A stretch of 64,000 nt of DNA from Pyrinomonadaceae bacterium (GCA_041746675.1 JBGTGO010000050.1:958-64957); one strand, 5' to 3'; shown: positions 10,632 to 19,531, numbered from the stretch's first letter. Program-made: numbers and translations. The notes: a model not told the origin generated them from the sequence alone.

Positions 10632-11480
10632 GTGATTTATTTATTGAGTTTTATATTAACGATTCCAACGGAAACGAATCGGCTGACAATTGTCAGCGAT
10701 TATCTTTACGAGATGATTAACGGTCTCGCCGGAAGATCCTGGATTTTCGACAATTTAACTGATTTGCCGCTGGAAAGCAATTTGGTCAAAGCGGCGTTAA
10801 TCGGTGCTTGTTTTATGTTCGCGTGGCTGGCGGGGGCGGACGACGCGGAAGTCGCTCGCCGTCGTAAAATTCTTTTGATTACGCTGATCGCTTCGGTTTT
10901 TGTCATCGTCACGACCAAGACTTTATCGAAAACGATTTTTCTGCCGCGTCCGTTTATTCAATCACAGAAAACTTTTCATCTCGAAGGCGAACAATTGGTG
11001 GAGAGTCGGCGGCTCGATTACCGCGTGCCGCTCGACGATGAAAATCAAAAAAGCTTTAAGGCTCTGCAAAACGGGGAAATTATTCAAAACGATTTGGGTT
11101 CATTTCCGAGCGACCACGCCGGATTTTATATGACTTTAGCCGTCGGAATCCTGCTCGCGTGCCGTTCCGCCGGTATAATTGCACTTTTTTGGACGATTTT
11201 CGTCACCCTCGGAAGCCGCATCATTACCGGTCAGCATTCGCCGCTCGACATCGTTGTCGGTTCGGGCATCGGTATCGGAATCCTGCTCGTGCTGCAAGTT
11301 GTTATCGGCAATCTCGGCAAACGGATTATTGATCCGATTGTTAATTGGACGTTAAAAAACTCCGCCGTTTCTTCCGCTATTATTTTCGTTGTCTTGTTCG
11401 AGGCGGTAAATAAGCTGGAAGATGTCCGCCTGATAGCAAAGGTCGCCGTGGACATCGCCAAACATTTAATCAGAGGTTAA
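10632..11480 (+). CDS. PAP2-family (type 2 phosphatidic acid/undecaprenyl-PP-type) phosphatase, membrane protein
   Basis: The three PAP2 motifs are present: KTIFLPRP, FPSDHA and SRIITGQHSPLD. Several TM helices. GTG start. Confidence 0.8.
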   Translation: MIYLLSFILTIPTETNRLTIVSDYLYEMINGLAGRSWIFDNLTDLPLESNLVKAALIGACFMFAWLAGADDAEVARRRKILLITLIASVFVIVTTKTLSKTIFLPRPFIQSQKTFHLEGEQLVESRRLDYRVPLDDENQKSFKALQNGEIIQNDLGSFPSDHAGFYMTLAVGILLACRSAGIIALFWTIFVTLGSRIITGQHSPLDIVVGSGIGIGILLVLQVVIGNLGKRIIDPIVNWTLKNSAVSSAIIFVVLFEAVNKLEDVRLIAKVAVDIAKHLIRG

Positions 11481-11485
11481 AAGCT

Positions 11486-12415
11486 ATGAAAGACTTTATT
11501 AAAACGGAAAATTTACAAATGACAACTAGGAAATTCTGCTTTTTCGCTTTATTTTTAAGCTCTGTTCTGCTCGGCGGCTGCGGACTCGACCAGAAAGGAA
11601 TGGTTTTGCTGACCGACAAATCTTACCGTGCGTCGGTCGTCGGAACTAACAATGACGGCTTTACCGTGCCGGACGGAATTTTGTGGAAACAGGGAAAACT
11701 GTATATGGCGGACGAAGGCGGCGGTGCGTTTCGCGTCTGGACGAACGCCGACGATGTAAAAACTCTGGCTGATTCGAGTTTGGGAATTTTGTCGCCGGAA
11801 GATTTGGTAATGGACGCACAAGGGAATATCTTTTTTACCGACGACGATGCCGGCGGCGTTTGGGAAATAAATGACCAGAGAAAACCGTCTCTGCTCGCGG
11901 GAAAAGACAAAGGCTTGATTTCAACCGAAGGAATCGCTTTATCACCGAACGGACAAATTTTAGTCGGCGACGGCAAACAGCATCAGGTTTTCAGCGTCAG
12001 CAAAAGCGGTGATGTGTCTGTTTTTCTCGGAACGGATTACGGCATCACCAAACCGGAAAGTATGGTTTACGACGACAGAGGAAATCTTTATGTCGCCGAC
12101 AACGAAGACGACATACTTTACCTGCTAACGCCGGATATGAAACTCCATCGCCCGCTCGAAAATCGGGAAGGATTTTCCCCCGAAACGATTTGGTATTCGC
12201 ACGGAACGCTTTACATTACCGACAGCAGCAACGGGAAACTCTTTTCTTACAAGCCCGAAGAAGGCTTAAAAACGATTGCCGTTTTCGGCGGAAAACTGGC
12301 GGCGGTCAGCGGCATCACGACCAATGACAACGGCAGCGTTTATCTTTCCATTCAGACAAATCTGAAAAAGAAGCTCGGTTATATCGTGCGACTTGATAAG
12401 GAAATGCAGCCATAA
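11486..12415 (+). CDS. Lipoprotein with six-bladed beta-propeller (SMP-30/gluconolactonase/NHL-like) repeats
   Basis: Lipobox LLGGC. About six repeats of the type G.LY.AD/G.IFFTD/G.LYITD spaced roughly 45 aa apart. Confidence 0.6.
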   Translation: MKDFIKTENLQMTTRKFCFFALFLSSVLLGGCGLDQKGMVLLTDKSYRASVVGTNNDGFTVPDGILWKQGKLYMADEGGGAFRVWTNADDVKTLADSSLGILSPEDLVMDAQGNIFFTDDDAGGVWEINDQRKPSLLAGKDKGLISTEGIALSPNGQILVGDGKQHQVFSVSKSGDVSVFLGTDYGITKPESMVYDDRGNLYVADNEDDILYLLTPDMKLHRPLENREGFSPETIWYSHGTLYITDSSNGKLFSYKPEEGLKTIAVFGGKLAAVSGITTNDNGSVYLSIQTNLKKKLGYIVRLDKEMQP

Positions 12416-12497
12416 CGCGGACATAAAAACTCGTTTTGTTTAACGTCGGTTCGATATAAAATTTAAAGTGTGAAAGTAAAAATATAACTAACCAAAT

Positions 12498-12576
12498 GCA
12501 CGAAAAAAACACGAAAGTTTACGAAAATATGATATGACTCAAATGGAGTTTTATCTTTTATTCGTATTTTTCGTAG
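12498..12576. repeat. Palindromic ACGAAA-repeat element in the 5' region of the flippase-NRPS gene
   Basis: GCACGAAAAAAACACGAAAGTTTACGAAAATA (ACGAAA starting at 12500, 12511 and 12521) faces the inverted TTATTCGTATTTTTCGTAG (12558-12576). A related element lies at 62487-62609. Confidence 0.6.
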
Positions 12577-12654
12577 TCAAATTTCTTTATGTCGAACTTA
12601 ACGTTGTTCAAGAAAATTTTTGGATAGATCGTCCGATTAAAACTTTCATTTACT

Positions 12655-15600
12655 TTGAATAACCGCCGATTCAAAGTCGTGCGTTCAAAAATACCGCTCG
12701 CTTTGTTATTCGCTTCATTAGCCGCTGACTTTTTGATGAAGAAAAATCTAACCATCATCTTTTTCGCCAACTTTTTCACGCTTCTCTCCGGCGTGGTTAC
12801 GAGCCTTTTGACCGCGTGGGCATTAGGACCGGAAGGTCGCGGCGATTTGGCGGTCATCGTGCTTTATCCGAATGTCGTGGCACTGGCGGTCGGATTCGGT
12901 CTGCCGCAGGCACATCGGTATTTTCTCGCCCGCGAACCCGAAGAAATTTCTCCGCTTTTTTCAAACGCCGTTATTTTTGCCGTCGTAACGGGCATTTTGG
13001 CTTTGGCGGCGGCGGAATGGATTGTGCCGTCGCTCATTGGTACACGCAGCGAAGCCGTAGTTTGGCTGGTTAAAATTTACCTGATAAACATTCCGCTCGC
13101 TTTGCTTTACGATTTGATGGCGGGAATGCTCGAAGGCTCGCGGCAATTTAAATGGGCGGCACTGGCACGAATTGTTTTTTTCGGTATTCAATCCACCGTT
13201 TATTTTCTGCTGTGGAATTTCGGGCTTTTGACGGTTTATACTGCCGCACTGACGATGATTGTCGCACAGACGGCGAATACTTTAACCGCATCAATCAGCG
13301 TTTATCGGGTTTTGAAACCGCGATGGAAACCGTGTTGGATAACCTGGAAAAAATCAATCACTTTCGGATTGAAGTATCACGTCGGCGTTGTTACATCTTT
13401 TACGACTTTGCGGCTCGACCAACTTATGCTCAGCTCGATGGCAACGAGCGTCGAAATCGGGCTTTATGTGATTGCCGTCCGCTTATCCGAAATTACGACC
13501 GTGCTGGCATCGTCAATCGCCGAAGTTCTGATGCCGGAAGTCGCCGCTTCTAAACACGCAGAACGCTCGGCACAACTGCTGCTGCGAAGTTTGCGGCTGA
13601 TGATTTACGTTTATCTGCTGATTTTGATTCCGCTGTTCTTACTCGTGCCGACGCTTTTAGAATTCGCCTTCGGCACAGAATTTCTCGCCGCCGCCGGAAC
13701 GCTTCGTCTGTTGTTGGTCGCTTCGATGGTGTGGAGTATTGGTGCGATCATTATCAGCGGTCTGAACGGCTTCGGCTATCCCGGTTTAAGCACCGTTTCG
13801 CGGCTCTCGTCAGCCGTCGTCACAGTTTTTGCTCTTCTCTACTGGCTGCCGCGATACGGAATTGTCGGTGCGGCACTCTCATCGCTGGTCGGTTACAGCG
13901 TGATGCTCGCCGTCGCACTCTTCTGGCTTGTCAAAAAAAATAATATTCGATTGGGCGAGGTTTTTCGTCCGCGTCTGAGCGATATACCTATGAAAAAGTT
14001 TATAACCGTCTTAAGTTCACGTTTCAACTTGGAAACACAGGCAAATATCATTGATGCACCGAAAAGCGACGGCTTTCACCAATTATTCGAGCGGCAAGCT
14101 GCCGCACAGCCCGACCGCGTGGCGATTGTTTGCAAGGGAGAGCAACTAACTTACGGCGAACTCAACGCACGTGCCAATCAACTGGCACGGCATCTGCGTT
14201 CGCTCGGTGCGATGCCGGAAACTTTGATTCCCGTCTGCACTGACCGCTCCGTCGAAATGGCAATCGGCATTTTAGGGATTCTCAAATCCGGTGCGGCGTA
14301 TGTTCCGATTGACCCAACTTATCCAGCCGAACGCATCGAATTTATGCTGGCGGAAATTTCCGCACCGTTTATCGTTACTCAATCGTCATTCTTACAATCG
14401 TCAGCGATTAAAAAGATTTTGCTTGATACCGACCGGGAACTTATCGCCGAAAATTCGACTGACAATCCGCTGCCGACCGCCGCCGCCGAAAATCTCGCTT
14501 ATGTGATTTACACTTCCGGTTCGACCGGAAAACCTAAGGGAGCGATGTTGACGCACGCTAATCTTTGTCACTACGTGCGGGCATTGCAGCACGAATTTTA
14601 TCTCACGCCCGACGATAAATATCTGCATCTGGCATCAATCGCTTTTTCATCGGCACGACGGCATCTGCTATTTCCGCTGGCACAAGGTGCGAGCGTCATA
14701 ATCGCCGACGAAGAACAGAGAATGGACGCACTGCCTCTGTTCAAACTCATCAAAGAACAGTCGGTAACTGTTTTCGACACTGTTCCTTCGTTTCAGAGAC
14801 ATTGTATGAACGCCCTGCTCGAACTCGACACCGAGCAAAGAAACGATTTATTAAACAACGATTTGCGATTAATCGTTTCGGCGAGCGAACCTTTATTGTC
14901 GGATATTCCCGCGACCTGGATGTTTGAGTTTAAACATCCGGCACGGCACGTTCATATGATCGGACAGACGGAAACGAGCGGCATCGTTTCGATCAATCAT
15001 ATTACAGAAGCTGATGCCGCCGGAGCGGTGCGAACGGTTTCGGTCGGACGTTCGATTGCTAATACTAAAATTTATCTGCTCGACGAAAACCGTCAGCCGG
15101 TCGCACCGGGAAAAGCCGGAGAAATGTATGTATGCGGAAAGGGTTTGGGGCGCGGCTACTTGAATCGCCCGGAATTGACGGTGCAGAAATTCATCGAATT
15201 GTCGGTAGAAAATGAGTCAGACGCGGAAGAATTCAAAGTTCGGCGCGTTTGCCGAACCGGAGATTTCGCGCGATTGCTGCCGGATGGCAGGTTGGAATGT
15301 CTCGGCAGACAGGATTTTCAAGTCAAAGTGCGCGGGCAGCGTGTCGAACTCGGCGAAATCGAAGCGTTGCTCATCAGCAATCAAAATGTCGGTGAATGCT
15401 CGGTCATCGGGCACGAAGATGTGCCGGGAACAATTCAATTGGTCGCTTACGTCGTGTCGCGCCACTCGTCCGATTCGCTCATCGAAGATTTGCGAATATT
15501 GACCAAAGAAAAGCTGCCCGATTACGCACAGCCGTCGGCTTTCGTGTTGTTGAATGCTTTGCCGCTCAACGCGAACGGAAAAATAGACCGCAAAAATCTG

Positions 15601-18600
15601 CCGCGTCCCGATGCTTCGGCTTTCGCAGTGGACACAACTTTCGTCGCTCCGCGCAACGCGACCGAGCGAATCATCGCCGGAATCTGGGCGGAGGTTTTAG
15701 GATTTAACGACATCGGCATCAACGATAATTTTTTTGAATTGGGTGGTAATTCATTGCTTGCCAGCCGTGTTATTTCCCGTCTGCGAAAGGCTTTCAATCT
15801 GGAAATGCCGCTGAGGACAATTTTTGAAGCACCGACCATCGCAGAATTAGCGAAAAAAACCTCATTTTACGGGCGGCAAAACGATTTCGTCCCGCTGAAT
15901 GTCTTGAAAAAAGCCGGAAGACCGGCGGCGATTCCGCTTTCTTTCGCCCAGCAGCGTCTCTGGTTTCTGGCGCAGATGGAAATCGATTCTTCAACTTACA
16001 ATATGAGCGAAGTCGTTCGTTTGGACGGAAAATTGCAGACGGAAGCACTGCGTTCCGCTCTGGAAAACGTCATCGGGCGGCACGAAATTCTGCGAACGTC
16101 TTTCGAGTCAATCGGCGGACAGCCTTCTCAAATCGTCGCTTCCGAAGCCTATGTTGATTTCTCCATCGCCGACTTGACCGATTTTCCATTTGACATGTGC
16201 GAAGCGGAAGCCCGCAAAATCGCTTCTGAATTTTCGGCACGAGCCTTTGATTTGACCGGTTCACCGCTGCTTCGCGTAAAAGTGATTAAACTTCAGGAAA
16301 CTGAACATTTACTCGCCGTCGTCTTTCACCACATTATCAGCGACGGCTGGTCGGTCGGGGTATTTCTCAAGGAATTGAGTGCGTTTTACGAAGCGGAAAT
16401 TTCCGAGTCTAACGCTTCGGTTGCCAAACTGCCGATTCAATACGCCGACTACGCTTTGTGGCAGCAGGAATGGCTGCGAACCGAACAATATGACCGGCAG
16501 TTGGAATTCTGGAAAGAGCATTTGGAAGGTGCGCCCGCGCTGCTCGAATTACCGACCGATTACCCGCGTCCCGCCGTTCAGCGTTATCGCGGGGCGCGAT
16601 GTTCGGCTTTTGTGTCGAATGATTTAACCAAAAAAATAAACGCACTCGGCAGACGCGAAGGTGCGACGCTGTTTATGACGCTTCTTTCGGCTTGGCAATT
16701 ATTGCTTTTGAGATACAGCGGACAGGAACGAATCGTCGTCGGAACGCCCATTGCCGGAAGAACGAAAACGGAAACCGAAAATCTGATCGGCTTTTTCGTC
16801 AACACATTAGCATTAAACGGCGATTTGTCGGGTAATCCGACGTTTAGAGAACTGCTGCGCCGAACCAGAGAACGTGCTCTTGATGCGTATGCCAATCAGG
16901 AACTGCCGTTTGAAAAACTTGTCGAAGCGATTAATCCCGAAAGAAGTTTGAGCTACGCACCTCTGTTTCAGGTGATGTTCACACTGCAAAACGCTCCGGC
17001 AGCGAACAGAGACTTTGCCGATTTAAAGCTGAATCGTGAAAAAACTGCGGGTAAAACGGCTAAATTTGATCTGAGTTTGGACGTTTACGAAAAAGCCGAC
17101 GGACTCGAACTCGAACTAGAATACGACACCGATTTGTTTGCCGAAGAAACCGTCCGGCAGATGCTCGAACATTTCCGCACGATTTTAGAAGCGATAACCG
17201 AAAATGCCGAACAACGGCTGGCGAGCGTTCCGGTTTTGACAGCGAACGAGCGGCATCAATTGTTCGACGAATGGAACAATTACGACACCGAAGTTCCGCC
17301 CGTCTGCCTGCACAAATTAATCGAAGCACACGTCGAGCAAACGCCCGATGCGATTGCCGTCGTCTGGCAAAACGAGCGGCTTTCCTACGCGGATTTGAAT
17401 GCGCGGGCAAACCGTCTGGCACATTTTTTACAAAAACAGGGCGTTAAACCTGAAACTATTGTCGGCGTTTATGTTGAACGTTCGCTTGATATGATTGTCG
17501 GAGTTTTGGGCGTGCTGAAAGCCGGCGGTGCGTATCTGCCGCTTGATGCCAATTATCCGGCGGAGAGATTGCAGCATATGGTCAGCGATGCCGGGGTTTC
17601 GATATTGATTTCGCAAGAAAATCTCAAATCGAAGACGGCGGAATTTTCTTCGCGGCAAATTATTTGTCTCGATTCCGATTGGTCGGAGATCAGCGGCGAA
17701 TCAGCCGATAATCCCGACAGCGATGTCGCGCCCGACAATCTGGCTTATGTGATTTTCACGTCCGGCTCAACCGGCAAATCGAAGGGCGCGATGATTACGC
17801 ACCGCAGCGTTGTCAGTGCTTACGCCGGTTGGGAAGACGCTTATAAGCTTTCGTCGCTGAAATGCCACCTGCAAATGGCGAGCTTTTCATTCGACGTGTT
17901 CACCGGAGATTTGACCCGCACACTGTGCAGCGGCGGAACGCTCGTTTTAGTTCCGACCGAATTTCTGCTCGAACCCGAAAAATTGGAACGATTGATGCGC
18001 GACGAAAAGACAGAGTGTGCAGATTTTGTTCCGGCGGTGATGCGTCCGTTAATCGAGTATCTGGAAAATACAGGGCAAAAACTTGATTTTATGAAGGTTG
18101 TTTCCGTTGGTTCGGACATCTGGCAGATGGATGAATTCCGTCGTCTGCGGCGCGTCTGCCGCGAAGACGCACTGGTCGTCAATTCTTACGGCATCACCGA
18201 AACGACGATTGACAGCACTTATTTCGAGATGACGGCGGAAGACGAAACTGCCGAAGGCATTATTCCAATCGGGCGACCCTTTGCCAACACGAAGCTTTAC
18301 ATACTCGACGACAACCGGAATCTTTTACCGGCACGTGTGCCGGGCGAATTATACGTCGGCGGAAATGGTGTCGGTCGCTGCTATTTGAATCGCCCCGAAT
18401 TAACCGCAGAAAAATTTATCGAATGGATGCCGTCCGGCGAATCCGCCGTGTTGCCGCTCAGATTATATAAAACGGGCGACTTCGCCCGCCGCCGCCACGA
18501 CGGAATGGTTGAAATTTTAGGACGCACCGATTATCAAGTGAAACTGCGCGGTTTTCGAGTCGAACTCGGCGAAATCGAAGCCGTTATTTCAACGCATCCC

Positions 18601-19296
18601 GACGTGAACGAATGCGTGGTCGCACTTCGTGAAGACATTCCCGGAAACAAGCAGTTAATCGCTTACCTGACGACCAAAGAAAATGGAATCAATTCCGCCG
18701 AACTGCGCCGTCACGTCAAATCCCTCCTGCCCGAATATATGATGCCCGCCGCGTTCGTGCTGATGAAAGAGTGGAAGCTGACACCGAACGGCAAAATTGA
18801 CCGCCGCCAATTGCCCGCACCCGAAGACACACTGATTTCCGCCGAAACCGAATACGCCGTGCCGCGCACGCCACTCGAAGAAAAAATGGTCGGGATCTGG
18901 TCGAATCTGCTGCGCCGCGAACACATCGGAATTAACGATAATTTCTTTGATCTGGGAGGTCATTCGCTGCTGGCAACGCAGGTTACGTCCCGCATCCGCG
19001 ATGCTTTCGGGATAGACATTCCGCTCAGAATGCTGTTTGAAACGCCGACGATTGCGGGCTTGGCGGAACAAATTTCTCACTTGATCGGTTCGGAGAATGG
19101 CGAACAATCAAATAGCTTTGAGACAAATTACAAAGAATCCACCGCCGCTACCGTGTCGCCGGAAGATAATGATTCGTTGCAATACGACGCGGAACTCGAG
19201 CGTTTGTTAGCCGAAATCGAAAGCGTTTCGGATGAGGAAGCACAGCAGCTTATTGCGGCGGAATCCGATTTTTCCTATGTTCCTTTAGCAGAATGA
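12655..19296 (+). CDS. Fusion protein: Wzx/MOP-family flippase domain + NRPS modules A-T-C-A-T
   Basis: A single uninterrupted ORF. The TTG at 12655 opens it, but the ATG at 12736 (MKKNLTIIFF…) is the more plausible start. Motifs, in order: the flippase-like membrane region, LAYVIYTSGSTGKPKG, FFELGGNSLLA, HHIISDGWS (16327-16347), LAYVIFTSGSTGKSKG and FFDLGGHSLLA. Confidence 0.9.
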   Translation: MNNRRFKVVRSKIPLALLFASLAADFLMKKNLTIIFFANFFTLLSGVVTSLLTAWALGPEGRGDLAVIVLYPNVVALAVGFGLPQAHRYFLAREPEEISPLFSNAVIFAVVTGILALAAAEWIVPSLIGTRSEAVVWLVKIYLINIPLALLYDLMAGMLEGSRQFKWAALARIVFFGIQSTVYFLLWNFGLLTVYTAALTMIVAQTANTLTASISVYRVLKPRWKPCWITWKKSITFGLKYHVGVVTSFTTLRLDQLMLSSMATSVEIGLYVIAVRLSEITTVLASSIAEVLMPEVAASKHAERSAQLLLRSLRLMIYVYLLILIPLFLLVPTLLEFAFGTEFLAAAGTLRLLLVASMVWSIGAIIISGLNGFGYPGLSTVSRLSSAVVTVFALLYWLPRYGIVGAALSSLVGYSVMLAVALFWLVKKNNIRLGEVFRPRLSDIPMKKFITVLSSRFNLETQANIIDAPKSDGFHQLFERQAAAQPDRVAIVCKGEQLTYGELNARANQLARHLRSLGAMPETLIPVCTDRSVEMAIGILGILKSGAAYVPIDPTYPAERIEFMLAEISAPFIVTQSSFLQSSAIKKILLDTDRELIAENSTDNPLPTAAAENLAYVIYTSGSTGKPKGAMLTHANLCHYVRALQHEFYLTPDDKYLHLASIAFSSARRHLLFPLAQGASVIIADEEQRMDALPLFKLIKEQSVTVFDTVPSFQRHCMNALLELDTEQRNDLLNNDLRLIVSASEPLLSDIPATWMFEFKHPARHVHMIGQTETSGIVSINHITEADAAGAVRTVSVGRSIANTKIYLLDENRQPVAPGKAGEMYVCGKGLGRGYLNRPELTVQKFIELSVENESDAEEFKVRRVCRTGDFARLLPDGRLECLGRQDFQVKVRGQRVELGEIEALLISNQNVGECSVIGHEDVPGTIQLVAYVVSRHSSDSLIEDLRILTKEKLPDYAQPSAFVLLNALPLNANGKIDRKNLPRPDASAFAVDTTFVAPRNATERIIAGIWAEVLGFNDIGINDNFFELGGNSLLASRVISRLRKAFNLEMPLRTIFEAPTIAELAKKTSFYGRQNDFVPLNVLKKAGRPAAIPLSFAQQRLWFLAQMEIDSSTYNMSEVVRLDGKLQTEALRSALENVIGRHEILRTSFESIGGQPSQIVASEAYVDFSIADLTDFPFDMCEAEARKIASEFSARAFDLTGSPLLRVKVIKLQETEHLLAVVFHHIISDGWSVGVFLKELSAFYEAEISESNASVAKLPIQYADYALWQQEWLRTEQYDRQLEFWKEHLEGAPALLELPTDYPRPAVQRYRGARCSAFVSNDLTKKINALGRREGATLFMTLLSAWQLLLLRYSGQERIVVGTPIAGRTKTETENLIGFFVNTLALNGDLSGNPTFRELLRRTRERALDAYANQELPFEKLVEAINPERSLSYAPLFQVMFTLQNAPAANRDFADLKLNREKTAGKTAKFDLSLDVYEKADGLELELEYDTDLFAEETVRQMLEHFRTILEAITENAEQRLASVPVLTANERHQLFDEWNNYDTEVPPVCLHKLIEAHVEQTPDAIAVVWQNERLSYADLNARANRLAHFLQKQGVKPETIVGVYVERSLDMIVGVLGVLKAGGAYLPLDANYPAERLQHMVSDAGVSILISQENLKSKTAEFSSRQIICLDSDWSEISGESADNPDSDVAPDNLAYVIFTSGSTGKSKGAMITHRSVVSAYAGWEDAYKLSSLKCHLQMASFSFDVFTGDLTRTLCSGGTLVLVPTEFLLEPEKLERLMRDEKTECADFVPAVMRPLIEYLENTGQKLDFMKVVSVGSDIWQMDEFRRLRRVCREDALVVNSYGITETTIDSTYFEMTAEDETAEGIIPIGRPFANTKLYILDDNRNLLPARVPGELYVGGNGVGRCYLNRPELTAEKFIEWMPSGESAVLPLRLYKTGDFARRRHDGMVEILGRTDYQVKLRGFRVELGEIEAVISTHPDVNECVVALREDIPGNKQLIAYLTTKENGINSAELRRHVKSLLPEYMMPAAFVLMKEWKLTPNGKIDRRQLPAPEDTLISAETEYAVPRTPLEEKMVGIWSNLLRREHIGINDNFFDLGGHSLLATQVTSRIRDAFGIDIPLRMLFETPTIAGLAEQISHLIGSENGEQSNSFETNYKESTAATVSPEDNDSLQYDAELERLLAEIESVSDEEAQQLIAAESDFSYVPLAE
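12736..13950 (+). other. Wzx/'polysaccharide biosynthesis protein' (MOP superfamily) membrane domain of the fusion ORF
   Basis: About a dozen hydrophobic segments with family-typical stretches (LTAWALGPEGRGDLAV, GIVGAALSSLVGYSVMLAV). Boundaries are approximate. Confidence 0.7.
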
Positions 19297-19321
19297 TTGT
19301 TTTGACAAAACAATCCATTTG

Positions 19322-19362
19322 CCTTGAGAAAACACCGATTTTTCTCAAGGTATCTTTATTTA
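19322..19362 (+). terminator. Rho-independent terminator after the NRPS fusion gene
   Basis: 11-bp perfect stem CCTTGAGAAAA / TTTTCTCAAGG with a 7-nt loop, followed by a T-rich tract. It is preceded by the palindrome TTGTTTTG-A-CAAAACAA (19297-19313). Confidence 0.65.
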
Positions 19363-19531
19363 TTGCCTGTCGCTTTTGTTTGATTTCATCGGTTCATTAA
19401 TCATTGCCGAAACACTGTAAATATCATTTTTGTCAGTGCGGTGAAAAAATTTGAAAGTTCCTGCTAATTAACTGTTTATAACGGCTAAGCAATTAATTTT
19501 GCGTACTGATTTACAAATAAACAGAACAACA

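Noticed and set aside
12558-12857. 99-aa minus-strand ORF across the start of the flippase-NRPS gene.
   Set aside because: It lies over the palindromic ACGAAA element and the 5' end of a strongly supported gene, and its sequence is low-complexity and Lys-rich.
13152-19107. Alternate-frame and antisense ORFs inside the NRPS genes (for example 13152..13553 +, 16584..16895 -, 17060..17422 -, 18655..19107 -, and similar ones inside 6459..10607).
   Set aside because: They are fully nested in very long ORFs that carry unambiguous domain motifs. Their translations are Arg/Ser/Pro-rich low-complexity strings typical of shadow frames, and they have no independent start or RBS context.
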